A program made the position numbers and the translations under genes. From NCBI GenBank assembly GCA_951406725.2, contig OX597824.1:45322001-45386000 (forward strand): a stretch of DNA of 64,000 bases, read 5' to 3'. Positions 13,686 to 27,308 of this stretch are shown piece by piece. Source of the DNA: Octopus vulgaris (lineage: Eukaryota). Position 1 is the first letter of the stretch, and every line of letters starts with the position of its first letter. The notes under the pieces were generated by a model. That model was not told where the DNA came from and did not search any database. It saw only the letters and a program-made list of their open reading frames with translations.

Positions 13686-15424
13686 TAAACAATCCTAAAC
13701 CAAACTGATGGTTTGCTGTAGTGATTTAAATTGAATATGTTCCTAGCTTGACTTATTCTCCAGAAAACTGCAGGTAGATGTTTGTATAAACCAGCTCACT
13801 CTAGTTTGGTAAGAACCATTGCTCTAATGCAATAAGTTCATTGTGTTGCTCTAATGCAATAATTTCAATCTGTGTGAATTGAAATCACTGGACCTTGTTG
13901 CAATCTACCTTGTTGGTGTTTAGAGTGAAATTCTGACTTTGAAAATCTTTTGAACTCTATGATTATGTATTTTGGAAATATTTTTCTTAATATGGTTTTT
14001 AATTCTGTCCTAATTCATATTGATACTTGATCAATCAAATATATGGTATCATAATATCATCTCTCTCTCTTATATTTCCTTTTACTTTTGTAGAAGTTAA
14101 TAATACTGCTATAGCAACTATCTGATTGATGATGCACACAATCTACCCTTCTACCTGGTACATTCAGCATTTCAGTCACTGTACCTGTTGGTCCAGTTGC
14201 TTTTTCTATTGAGCAATCCTCTACCATTCCATTTCTATTCACATCCTTATATCTTCAGAGTATTCCCTGACATATCACCACCATCCGTCTCTCTCATTCA
14301 CTCCAACTGGGGTAACCATGTACTTCCTCTATGGCAAGACACTGTTTCTGTCCTTCTATTGTAGTTTAACTTCTCTTCACATGGTACAAAGCCACCTCCT
14401 TCAATATCACTGCTTGTCTCAGTTGAGAAATTTTTGTCTTGCAAGTTATATGGTGACCTTGCTAGTATCATGTAAAATGCACCCAGTCCACTCTGTAAAG
14501 TGGTTGGCATTAGGAAGGGCATCTGGCTGTAAAAACCACGTCAAAGCTGACAGTGGAGCTTGGTGCAGCCCTTTGGCTTGCCTGCAAGGAAGGTGGGCAT
14601 TAAATCATGATGATACTTATAATCATTTGCTCTACTGTGCGTGTTCACCCTGCTGGGTGTTTGTTGTTAGGAAGGACATCCAGCAGTAAAAACCATGCCA
14701 AAACAGATACAGTAGTCTGGTGCAGGTTCCTGTCTGGCCAGGTCCTGTCAAACTGTCCAACCCATGCAAACATGGAAGGTGGATGTTGAATGATGATAAT
14801 GATGAAGATGATAACTATTGAAATCTTGAAGTTATGAGATAATGCGTAATTAATTCAAAACAATATGAATAAATAAGCAATATGCTTGACAAAGAAGTTT
14901 GAATGCTAAAAGGTTAAATTTGATTATGAGCCTTTAAAAATTAGTTTTAACATTTCTTTTCATATACTTAAAAAAAAATGTATAATGTAATATTTATGCA
15001 TGAACCAGCAAAAGCAACGTTGACCATTATTTTACAGTGTGTTGATCCACTGATCTTGCAGTCAAGTACCTAAACTTTGCCACAATCATTATCTACGTTT
15101 GCATTTGGTGACAATCTCTACTTTGTGTTTGAGTGCTTAGTACTAGAAGTGATATTCAACTATCTATGACACACTTGTTATAACAATTCACATGCAAATA
15201 TCTAAAATCTGTGAAAATATATAAAACACTCAACAAGTCGCTGGTAGGGCTGCATGGTAAGAAGTTTGCTTCCCAACCACATGATTCCAGATTCAGTCCC
15301 ACTGTGTGACACCTTGGGCAAATGTGTTCTACTATAGCCTCAAGCAGACCAAAGCCTTGTGAGTGGATTTGGTTCACAGAAACGGAAAGAAACCCATTGA
15401 TTAATTCTACTAGCCTTAGCAAAT

Positions 15425-16400
15425 ATATATAGGAATTGAAATATAAAGGAATTAAGTATAATTTAAAATGGGAGATAGTTTGTGAAGCTAAATTTGATCA
15501 AATAGGTAATGATTTTTGTTTACTATGTACAAATGAATTTTTGGAGATATTACGATCTAAAAAACAATTGATTAATTTCCAAGATGAGAGGAAAATTAAA
15601 TATAGACATAGGTCAAATTACTTATATAATAAGTTTAGATAATTTGTGAATATATATAACCTGATTTATGTTATTAATTTATTAATTTATGTAGTTATAT
15701 TATGTTGTATCATAATGAGTATAAATTAGTTGTAGGGTATGTAGTGTATGAACATAACTAGAATAAGTTTTAAACCAAGGGATTAATAAAAGTAATTGAA
15801 GAATATATATTAATTTATGGACATTTAATTAATCATATATTTTTACATATAAAGTCATAGTTTTAAATTATTGAGAATTTTAGAATTTTCCCCCGTAAAT
15901 GGTATATTATGTCATATTTTTGATTATTTTAATTTTTATCGTTAAATACATATATATATTTATTTATTGTATATTTATTGTTTACGTCATGTTTAACGAG
16001 ATAGGTTTTTTTTTACAACGCTATATTGTAAGTTTAAAGTTTAAAATTTCTTTTAACTGGTTTTCATCAATATGAAATTGCTTTACATTAATATTGTTAA
16101 ATTTCATTGAATTATTTACTGTTAATATACATATATTTATATATTTATTGTTTTATTATAATATCTGAATTTATTTATGTTATCTTTTTGACCTGAAGAG
16201 TGGCTAAATATTTTAAAATTGAATTAATATTAAATTTTAATATTGTTGATTTATATATTTAGTCATGAAACACGCGTAGTCAATTTAATGTTTGATTTGT
16301 TATGGGAATTTTAGAATAATAATTATAAGATATTTAATTAATTTCTATGTGGTTATTATAGATAATATCTTTTCACTATTGATGGAATAACTAAATAGTG
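15425..16400 (+). mobile_element. AT-rich Penelope-like element 3' end (GIY-YIG C-terminus, Naiad-like) with hammerhead-bearing tail
   Basis: ORF 15436-15642 LKYKGIKYNLKWEIV...FCLLCTNEFLEI...LINFQDE...YRH resembles the PLE EN C-terminus (W..I..CxxC..E..LN..E..CRH); HHR at 16188-16283; ends gtggtttctctctaaatta followed by (TA)n. Confidence 0.65.
16188..16283 (+). ncRNA. Type I hammerhead ribozyme motif (long AT-rich stem II)
   Basis: ttgac-CTGAAGA(16193-99)-gtggctaaatat...atatttagtcat-GAAA(16267-70)-cacgcg-TA-gtcaa; stems I and II pair; GUA cleavage triplet. Confidence 0.75.
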
Positions 16401-16410
16401 GTTTCTCTCT

Positions 16411-16468
<58 letters not shown>

Positions 16469-17284
16469 TTAGGGAATAAATTATTATTCCAACCTTACAG
16501 GTAAAATTCAGTATAATAATATTAGACTGAATTTCGTAATATATAATATATGTATATAACTAATTTAGAGATGAACCACCATTCCACAATAGTTATGATT
16601 AGTAGCGTTAAATACATATAATTAGCTTAGAATACACTTTAAATATTACTTAATTATATATAATTAAAATAAATAACTATCTTTTTACTAATAAAAAATT
16701 CAACGATAATATGTGCATTCTTACAATGTTTTATAGCATTATTTATGTAATACATAAATTTCGTACGTGTTATAGTTATTATTTTTCGTAGATCTAAAGG
16801 TTTTAAGTATTTTAAATCTTCACTAAACAATATACTTTAGGTAGACCTTATTTTTCGATAATTTCGTTATTATTATAGTAAGTATAATACGTATTTATCT
16901 GAGTAATGGACTTTTCAGTATAAATGTTCAAATACACTTATTTTGGTTCAATCTACAGTGATTCACTGGCAGATAAGTCATGTTTTTAAAATTTTTTTTA
17001 AAATTTATTCTAAACAGTATCAACATATGTTGTTTATTAACTTTATACACTAACACGTATTTACATTTATTTACCTTCTCCTTAATGAATTAATCATGTT
17101 CACAATAATACTCTATTTGAATATTTTAGTTCATAACTTTTAATAATATTAATGTCTTTAACTTAGGGATTACATTACAGGTTTTATTTCTTTATATATA
17201 TAATTTTATTCCTTATTTTTTATATTCCTTATCATATTATGAGGTAAGTTAAACTTTTAGTTTTTAGGTTTTTTTTTTAGGAAT

Positions 17285-17403
17285 TTGACCTGAGGAGTGA
17301 CTACTTTTGGGAGTAAAACACTTTTCTGTTCTAATGAACTTGGATATGGCTGCTAATATGATTTTATATAGTCCTAATGCAGCCATGAAACATGTGTAGT
17401 CGA
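17285..17403 (+). ncRNA. Type I hammerhead ribozyme motif, stem II partly decayed
   Basis: ttgac-CTGAGGA(17290-96)-gtgactac...gcagccat-GAAA(17387-90)-catgtg-TA-gtcga; the host element (about 16550-17695) has a 35-bp inverted terminal copy (16556-16590 vs 17661-17695). Confidence 0.6.
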
Positions 17404-17932
17404 TGTACAAGTACTTACTTTTATACATTATATTATTGTATTAATTTTTATTGTTCAGTTTATACTTTATTTGATTTTAGATTAATATTTTTATGATGAA
17501 TGTATCTTTGTATGGTATTTGATGTGATTTTAAAAGTATTTGCTCTTATATATTATATGATTGCAATAATCTTACTGTTCAATCATCATCATCATCATGA
17601 TTATTAAAATTTTAGATTAGTATTGTGTATGGTATATGTCACAAAGCATGGTTGACTGAGTTGTGGAATGGTGGTTTGTCTCTAAATTAGTTATATATAT
17701 ATATAAAGTTAATCCAAACAAGAAAGCACAAAAAAACACAACAACGCGAGGACGTGGAACAAATATAGTATTATTGGACGCTCAGGAAAGAAGTTGTATC
17801 ATAATGAGTATGAATTAGTTGTAGGGTATGTAGTGTATGAACCTAACTAGAATAAGTTTTAAACCAAGGGATTAATAAAAGTAATTGAAGAATATATATT
17901 AATTTATGGACATTTAATTAATTTTATATTTT

Positions 17933-17970
<38 letters not shown>

Positions 17971-18141
17971 TATATCTGTGTGTGTCTGTGTTTGTTTCCC
18001 CTCTGTTGCTTGGCAACTGGTGTTGGTGTGTTTATGTCCCTGCAACTTAGCAGTTTGGCAAAAGCGATGGTTTGGCAATTTTGGGGTAAGTAACTAAAGC
18101 CTTGTGAGTGGATTTGCTTGACAGATACTGAAAGAATTCTG

Positions 18142-18281
<140 letters not shown>

Positions 18282-18621
18282 TTATCATCATCATCCTTTA
18301 ACGACTATTTTCCATGCTGGCATGGGTTGGACAGCTTGATAGGCTTAAAAAATACTGGGCTCAATTCATTCGACTAAAAATTCTTCAAGGCAATGTCCAT
18401 GCATGGCTGCAGTCTAGTGACTGAAACAAGTAAAAGATAAAAGAAGAACAAAAACAAAACAAATACACCACACATTAATACAAATTAAAAATAAATGCAG
18501 GCCATTTGAAAGGAAGTTCTGTAAATTTTGTTTAACTTTTCAATATTTTTTTGTTTTATTTATTCATGATATCTTGAAATATGTGGCGAGTTGACATGAT
18601 GGGTAGACTGGGAAATTTTAA

Positions 18622-18777
<156 letters not shown>

Positions 18778-18932
18778 TAAAAAAACAAATACCAAAAAAC
18801 AAAACCTTTAAAAGGCATGGCTGTGTGGTTAAGAAGTTCACTTTCCAACTATGTGGTTTGGCAATTTTGGGGTAAGTAACTAAAGCCTTGTGAGTGGATT
18901 TGCTTGACAGATACTGAAAGAATTCTGTTGTA

Positions 18933-18969
<37 letters not shown>

Positions 18970-18977
18970 AAGAGAGA

Positions 18978-19420
18978 TTATCATCATCATCCTTTAACGA
19001 CTATTTTCCATGCTGGCATGGGTTGGACAGCTTGATAGGGGTTGGCCAGCTGAAGAGCTGCCCAGGCTCCATGTCTGTTTTGGCATGGTCTCTACAGCTG
19101 GATGCCCTTCCTAACGCCAACCACTTTACAGAGTGTACTGGGTGCATTTATGCAGCATAGCATGAATGCTTTTTATGTGGCACCCACAAGCCTGTAAGAT
19201 TAGGAATGCTCAGCTTGAGAGGGATGTAGGAAACAAGCCTGTCTGCAAGGACAACCATGCTTTTACTTAGCTTGGTGTGTTTTCTCAAACCACCAGGAGT
19301 CTCAGCCTCCTGTCATCCTCTTTAAGTTCCAATGTGTGAAGATCCTTTCTCACCACTTCATCTCTCATCTTCCTGGGTCTACCCCTTCCACATGTTCCCT
19401 CTACAATTAGAGATAGGCTC
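18978..19420 (-). mobile_element. RTE LINE 3' end remnant
   Basis: (CAT)n tail, ttccatgctggcatgggttggac, and reverse of GTCGRGRPRKMRDEVVRKDL. Confidence 0.7.
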
Positions 19421-19479
19421 TTGATATATATTATGTTGAACTGTTAATCTCTACACATTCTTTTCTCTCTCTCTCTTTC

Positions 19480-19880
19480 TCTTTTACTCTTTTACTGGTT
19501 TCAGTCATTTGACTGCGGCCATGCTGGAGCACCGCCTTTGATCGAACAAATCGACCCCGGGACTTATTCTTTTGTAAGCCCAGTACTTATTTTATCGGTC
19601 TCTTTTGCCGGACCGCTAAGTAACGGGAACATAAACACACCAGCATCGGTTGTCAAGCAATGCTAGGGTCACAAATACAGACACACAAACACACACACGC
19701 ATATATATATATACATATATACGACAGGCTTCTTTCAGTTTCCGTCTACCAAATCCACTCACAAGGCTTTGGTCGGCCCAAGGCTATATTAGAAGACACT
19801 TGCCCAAGGTGCCACGCAGTGGGACTGAACCCGGAACCATATGGTTGGTAAACAAGCTACTTACCACACAGCCACTCCTC
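19480..19880 (-). mobile_element. tRNA-derived SINE, family A, well conserved copy
   Basis: Full head-to-tail reverse complement including ggagtggctgtgtggtaag, ccgggttcagtccc and ggcggtgctccagcatggccgcagtcaaatgactgaaac. Confidence 0.85.
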
Positions 19881-20515
19881 TTAATTTTTTTTTTTTTTTC
19901 TCTCTCAAGTGTGTGTGTGAAAGAATTTGTACAAAGGTGGTGAATGAAAAACAGGGCAGAAGAGGAATCAGATGTTGTGTTCAAGAAGGAAGACTATACT
20001 GGTATGGACATGTGATGCATGTGGATAAGGACAACTGTATAAAGAAGTGCTGGTCATTTATGTGGTTGGAACTTGTGGAAGAGGGAATCTCAGATATGGG
20101 ATAAAGTGGTGAAGGTTGAGCTGAAAACCCTGATCTTGGCAGAAAAGGTGTCCAACGACTGGGATTTCTGGCAATATGAGGTTCTCCAAAAAACTTGTCC
20201 TATTTAGCAAAACTGAGTTGTGGAAGTGCTTTATTTTGTGCTCCCTACCCATGTAATAATGACTGTCTCCTCCTTCTCAAGCATTATGCCTGCCTCTCCC
20301 TCTCCCAGCGCCTCCAGACTACCCAACTGTGTTATCTTCCTCTCTTGTCCTTCCCCCTGGCAATTGTTTCATCTTACTACTCCTGCTGTTAACCACCCCC
20401 ACTCTCTCTTCTACATCCCTGTTTTCCCCAGCTCATTGTTCTTTGTTCATCCACCCTTCAGTTCTACCCATTTTAGCAGTCTGCTCCTTATCCCATTATT
20501 TTCTTTCCTGTTGCT

Positions 20516-20853
20516 GAGACCCCCTTCGGTCATGACTGACCATGGGATTGCACCTAGAAAGTTACCCTCTCAGGCACGAGTCTGGGCAAGGTTGTTTTTA
20601 TGGAAGACTCGTAGTCGCCCATGCATACCAGCCTCCCCTCTCCACACCACCAGTGTTATCCAAAGGAAAGGCAAAGGCCAATACAGCTTGGCACCAGTGT
20701 CGTTGCAACTCATTTCTACAGCTGAGTGAACTGGAGCAATGTGAAATAAAGTGTCTTGCTCAAGAACACAACATACAGCCCGGTCTGGGATTCAAACTCA
20801 CAACCTCACGATTGTAAACTCGATGCTCTAACCACTGAGCCATGTGCCTTCAC
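20516..20853 (-). mobile_element. tRNA-derived SINE, family C
   Basis: Minus-strand head gtgaaggcacaTGGCTCAGTGGttagagc...gaGTTTGAATCCc (A and B boxes), then ttgagcaagacacttta; second truncated copy on + at 34266-34530. Confidence 0.8.
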
Positions 20854-21639
20854 TTCCTTCCTGTACAATCTTGCAAACTGTCCACTACCCACTTTTACTC
20901 AGTTTGTGCCTTGTGGGGCCACCTGGGCCCCTTATTACCATTATCTTTTTCTTGCATCCCCTACTGATCATTCTTTTCTTTCTCTCTCCAACTTTCCCTT
21001 ATTAGATGTGAGTAGCCATGCAGCTCCCTCTACAAGAAGTTGCACTGCTCTCCCTTTCACATAGTAATCCCATTGTCTCCTAGCATGAAGCTGACTCCAT
21101 CACCATCACCTTCAGGGTTTATATCCTGTGAACTGTGTAGCAACCTCAATAGTGCAGGCATATTTTTAAATTATCAGCAGTTGTGCCTTTTTAATGAATT
21201 GACTGAGTTCGTCAGAAATCGCCAGAGAGCAAGACTGTGACTCCATTCATGCTGTTAATGATATTCTGAGATCTTTTAGAGGCCGCTTGCAACTTTTTAT
21301 TTCGAGGCTCCATCTCTTCAATCAAAATTCATAACCTACGCACCTTTTATTCATAGCTATATTTTACTTTATTCTATCTGAAGTTCAATATTTCACATTA
21401 TCCTAAAGAACATCTTTAAAAGTATAAGTTAAATTTATTTAGGGCTGGAACTATCGTATTATTTCATGTTTAGGAAGGCCAACACTTAATAGGGGCTGAA
21501 TATATATTCAATGGACTCGCAAATATCAGAAGACAAGCATTTCAAAATAACAACTGAATGCAAAGAAGTTCAGGTAATTTTTTTTAGTTCCACACCCAGC
21601 TCGATTTCGGTTGTAAATAATTTTTTTCCTGGTTTTTTT

Positions 21640-22160
21640 TTTTTTTGGTGCAATCATCTTAGTTGACCTCGTAAGTTGTCAGAAATGCGTTTTTGCCATG
21701 GAAAATGGAGGAGGTGAGGGTGGGGCAGACCCTCGGAAATTCCCCTTTCTGATCCTGTCTCCCACGTTTTTTTTCATTGAAATCATCTTAATTGACCTCA
21801 TAATGAGTGGGAAATACATTTTTTCCTGTGAAAAATGGAGTGGGTGGATGGAACCTCGGAATTTCAGCATTCTTTTTTTAAAGTTATCATCTTTGTCAAC
21901 CTCTTTCTGTACTGCAAATGTATTTTTCCTGTGGAAAACAGAGTGGGTGGGATAGGGTGCACCCTTGGGAATCCTCCGGCCCTGATTTCAACAGAAATTT
22001 TTTTTCAACATTTTATATCTCATCTTAGTTGAGTACTTGATATACCACAAATGCATTTTTCTGTGAAAATGGAGGGGGTGGGGTAGGGTGCACCCTCAAG
22101 CATTACTTTTGTTATTTTAATTAACCTTGTAATACACTGCAAATGTATTTTTGCCATAAA
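21640..22160. repeat. Imperfect tandem repeat of about 110-130-bp units, probably subterminal repeats of a DNA transposon
   Basis: Recurrent tcatcttagttgac...aaatg(c/t)attttt...gaaaatggag...gggtggg...gggtgcaccc motif at about 21651, 21781, 21885 and 22020. Confidence 0.55.
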
Positions 22161-22663
22161 TTAATCGATAAAACAATTTTGCAGCACATTTTGGCTATGC
22201 GGAAGATTTTAATGAAACATATCAACCAACTGACCTTAAAATTTAAAATTTGAAAAGTTTTTAACTTACCTTATGCAGTTAAAGGGCAGTCCTGTATATC
22301 TTCTGTCTCCAGATTTGTGCTTTCTTTCTTGACTAAAGGCCTTCTTTCTTGGCTAAAGGCTGAAACAAGTAAAGGAATAAAAAACAGTCTAAAAAGCTTT
22401 TTTTTAAATTCTATATTTTATTGTTAGCTGTTGCAATATTTCGATCGATTAGACAATACTACAGTTCAAACTATAAAGTCAAAATACCAAAGATGCAAAA
22501 TATGAAGAATTTCTTACGTTTCTCTGAAATCACAAATTCGAGTAAAAAATAATACTTTGCAAAATAAAAAGCCCTTGATCACAAACTAGTTACAGCTGAA
22601 GAATTGAGATGCTTGGTGACAGTGAGCAAAGAATATCTGTATCTATCTATCTATCTATCTATC

Positions 22664-22723
<60 letters not shown>

Positions 22724-22730
22724 GATAGAT

Positions 22731-23118
22731 AGGCATAGAAGTGGCTGTGTGGTAAGTAGCTTGCTTACGAAGCACATGGTTCCGGGTTCAGTCCCACTGC
22801 GTGGCACCTTGGGCAAGTGTCTTCTGCTATAGCCTCGGGCCAACCAAAGCCTTGTGAGTGGATTTGGTAGACGGGAACTGAAAGGAGCCCGTTGTATATA
22901 TGTATATATATGTGTGTGTGTTTGTGTGTTTGTTTGTCCCCACAACATCACTTGACAACCGATGCTGGTGTGTTTATGTCCTTGTAACTTAGCGGTTTGG
23001 CAAAAGAGACCTATAGAATAAGTACTAGGCTTACAAAGAATAAGTCCTGAGGTTGATTTGCTTGACTAAAGGCAGTGCTCTAGCATGGCCACAATCAAAC
23101 ACGTAAAAACATAAAGAG
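22731..23118 (+). mobile_element. tRNA-derived SINE, family A
   Basis: aggcatagaagtggctgtgtggtaagtagc...ccgggttcagtcccactgcgtggcaccttgggcaagtg...tagcatggccac. Confidence 0.85.
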
Positions 23119-23869
23119 TCTAGATAGATATATATACACACATACAAACTTCTGTGTGTGTGTGCATGCAACACATCTTGCTTTTGGTACAGAAAGAATT
23201 TTGTCTCCAGTTTTTATTGCCTTAGGAGGTCAAAGGCCTCTGTTTTGGGTACAAAGTGGCCAGCTATACAAAGAGAGAGAGAGATGAAAAGAGAAAGGTG
23301 GAGAGACAGAGATTAAGAGATGTGTGTTTGTTTGGTACCCCACTATCTATCTATCATAGGGAGCCGACCAAAGCCTTGTGAATGGATTTGGTAGCCGGAA
23401 ACAGAAAAAAGCCAGTCATGTGTGTGTGTGTGTGTGTGTGTATGCCTGTGTGTGTGTATGCCTGTGTGTATGTTTATATGTATGTATAAGTAGACATCCT
23501 CACCTTTCATCACCATTGCTTCTTTTTCTTGTCTTTTCTGTTGAAGTTGTTCTTATTTTCATCCTTTTAGATTTCTTTCATTTTTCTTTTATCTCCCTAG
23601 GGAATTCGTTGGCAAGCTTTCTTCATTTACTTTTTTTGTTTCTTTTAAATTTATTTATGGTACATCCTCATATTTTTTTCCTTGTCTGCCTTGAAATTTT
23701 CAGTTAACTTCTTAACCAAAGTAAATAGATGACTCATCTATGTACTCTGATCTGAACATGCCCCCCCTCAACTGCGGAGGCTCCCTGCAGTCGCAGGGGT
23801 TGCAGAGACTTAGTGACGGCCCTACTTCTAAGGTATGATAGAGGACCTCAAATGTAAGTCTATGTATCA

Positions 23870-24700
23870 TTATGCACACTCTTTATTCTGCCAGCTTGGT
23901 CTACTTCAGAACCTCATCCTGTCCAGATCCTTTATAAATATTGAACACAGGGTTGTCACTATGTGAAAGGTTGAGTGGCAGCTTAAAAGCAGTATGAGAA
24001 GTCCTACTCCTTGTGAGCATAGTTACAACAATTTCAGATATATCTAATACCATAGCAATTTGCTCAAGTGAACAGACTTTGTTGAGATTAGTTTTTCCTG
24101 TTCCACCAGAAATATCAAGGAAAATTATTCCTCTGGAGTCAGGTGACATCAGTTGTTTGATATTTTTTTTAAGCTCTTTTTTTCTTTTGTATCTGGCTCT
24201 AAGAGTAACTCATTTTGGCATACATATTGCTCCATTTGCTGAATGTCATAGCTGGTTAGCTGAAAAATCTCATGACTGAGAGTTACACCTGCAATTCATC
24301 CTGGAGTTGGGACACTGTTCAAGATCTTATCAGCCATGGGCTGAACAGTATTTTCAATGAGGTTTAGTATCTGGTTGTACTTGGTAGAGGTAAACTCTTG
24401 GTGTGGGTCTTCTGAGCTTTGTTGTGTATGATACAGTATGTCTTCTGTCATGTGGTCTTGGAGATTACTTTAGAGTTGCTAAGTATTAGATGGTGAATTG
24501 GCACAGAAAACATTAACAATGAAGTTCTTCACCTTGTTTGGAAAATGTGAATTTCAACCTCTTTCAAGATACTGTTCCAGTCTGCATTATCTTCCAAGAG
24601 GTATCTTATTTGGTAAGCTTCACGATATGTTGCAAGCATATATTTTGAGGCTTTAGAATGAGGTTGGACTATGAACATTGTACAGGAGCAGTCTCAGATA
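23870..24700 (-). mobile_element. Helitron Rep/helicase (Pif1-like) pseudogene fragment
   Basis: IIFLDISGGTGKT (Walker A) ... RTSHTAFKLPLNL...NPVFNI, typical of Helitron helicase; disrupted. Confidence 0.75.
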
Positions 24701-26468
24701 TGCTATTAACATTTCTCATTTAAAAATTATATTTCCCAAAAAGATAGTTTGTAGTTTTAAATGCCATGGAAGAGAGAAAATAACTTAGTCTTTCATTGTT
24801 TCACATTTAAATTAGTATATATTGTTATCATATTACGATTACTTTAAGTATTCTACCAGTAACTACAACAGTATCTGAGGACAGTCGTTTCACAAAATAT
24901 ACAGACAGCATATACTGGAACATTGCGGTTATTAAAATTATTCATTAAAAATATTGTTTCATTGAAAAGTTAGTATGCAGTTTCAAATGCCATTGAGAAT
25001 AGAAAATAATTTATTCTTTAATTGTTTCACATTTAAATTTTTATACTTCTGAAATATTCAGGTATTTTGCACTATAAATCAGACTGTTAACATTTTGGTG
25101 TTAAGAAGGGCATCCAGCTGTAGAAATCCAACCAAAGAAGACATTAATGCATGATGAAGTCCTCTGACTTGTCAGATCCTGTCAAACATTTAACCCATAT
25201 CAGCATAGAAGCTAGATGTTAATGATGATGATATATTTGACTAAATTAACAAAGAGAATTAGATTAATTTATGTACCACAGTGTTTTGTGACAAGATTTG
25301 AATGCATCAAACTTTTCAGGAATGGTATTCAGTATTAGTAGCTTTCATATCTTGGTAGCTGTTTAAATAACTTTACAAAGTGTCAATTGAGTCTTTTTTT
25401 TTTTTTTTTTTACTGAAAATTTATTGCAACTACTTTGTCATCAGTTTAATGCCCGCTTTTTCATGCTTGCATGAGCCAGATGGAATTTTTGAAGCAGATT
25501 TTTTACAGCCAAAGGCCCTTCTTGTCATCAACTCTTACCTGTTTACAAACAAATTAATAGTTCCCCATGGCTAGATATGTTTTCACAGAAGATTGGAAAC
25601 AATGGTCACTGCTTTTATGATAGTGATATTTGTTTATAAGTATTATTTAATGAAAAACAAGGAAACATAAACACACTGTCCATCTGCCAAATTCATTCAC
25701 AAGGTTTTGGTTGGCCCAGGGCTTTAGTAGAAGACACTTGCTCAAGGCTTCACATAGTGGGATTGAACCTGAAATCATGTGGTTAGGAAGCAAACTTCTT
25801 AACCATGCAGCCATGCCAGTGTCTAGTAAATAAAAAAAATAAAGAAAACTAAAATCTTATTTTATAGAGGCTGATCTCTTTCTGTCTGTCTGTCTGTCTG
25901 TCTGTCTGTCACAAGATATATGTGAAGGAGGGGAAGAAAGGGAGGAGAAAACGTTGTTGTTGAGAGAGAAATACAGTGAAATAAAGAGAGTGTGATAGAT
26001 AGATCGATAGGTAGTGTTGTCACCATTGTAATTAACAAGTTTTGATAAAATCTGTCTGTCAACACAATGCAACACAGACTTTAAAAAAAGAAGACTTTCA
26101 CTATAACAACAGATTGTTCTTAAGAGAGAGAGAGAGAGTGTGTGTGTTTGAATGATAGAATTAAAATTTGTTTCAAGAAAAAAACAGGTTGTGGAGAGAG
26201 AGAGAGAGAGAGAGCATGTGTGTCTGTGTGTGAAAGATAGATAGGGAGTATATTATCACCTGAGTAACTAGCAAGACTTTCACTATATAACTGTCTACTT
26301 TTAAGAAAATATATGTGCGTGATTAACAAATATTTTTACCAGCAGCGTAGTGACAAGTAAAGACCTAGTTATTTATAAAACTGGGAGTGCTAAAATTAAT
26401 GTTAAAAATTTTCTTAGATTTTTCCTTTCAGAAATAATCTTGTCATTGTTATTTGTTTCTTTAAATAG

Positions 26469-26606
<138 letters not shown>

Positions 26607-27308
26607 TAAATAGCTATTTTGTTTTCTATTTTTACTCAACATATATTCTTTCTTTCTTGGACCTCAGCCTTTCCTTTCTTTCTTGGACTTCAGCCTTTTC
26701 CTTCTTTCTCTCTACCATTGTATGATGTTTACTTTAAAACTTTCAAGTCAACAGTTTAAGCAGTACCAAGTCATGATTACTGAACATAGTTATTCAAATT
26801 GATAATCCTGTTGTCAGATAAATTACATATATGCTCTGTACAAGATTACAGATCTGGGACAAGTACCAAAGCACATTCACATTTTAGATTATGTCTAAGC
26901 CAAAATGTTTGTTAAACAAACATTTTCTTACTAACACTCAATTCCCAATATTTGCCACTATATCTGAAGTTACTGACTGTGCTTACCCTATGTAAAAACT
27001 ATTTCTCCTTTCACTTAACCTGCATTACACTTAGTTTCACCTTTCTTCCCACTACTTTCTACAGCAGTTTTAACTTTATTATCTTATCCATATTTCTAAT
27101 ACATACATACATGCATACATATATACGTGAATGTGTGTGTGTGTGTGCACGCGCATGTGTGTGTGTGTGTGCATGTGCGTGTGTGTCTATAAAGCTAAAT
27201 CACACTGGGCTGGACTGTTCCTGACCGCTTACATTGTGTATTAAGTTTTGAATCAGGTAATGTTTGTATTACATAAAATATATTTTTAATATATCTTACA
27301 ACTCTTAA

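Noticed and set aside
20780-20853. tRNA-like sequence with A and B boxes
   Set aside because: Continues into a SINE body that is repeated at 34266; a SINE head rather than a tRNA gene
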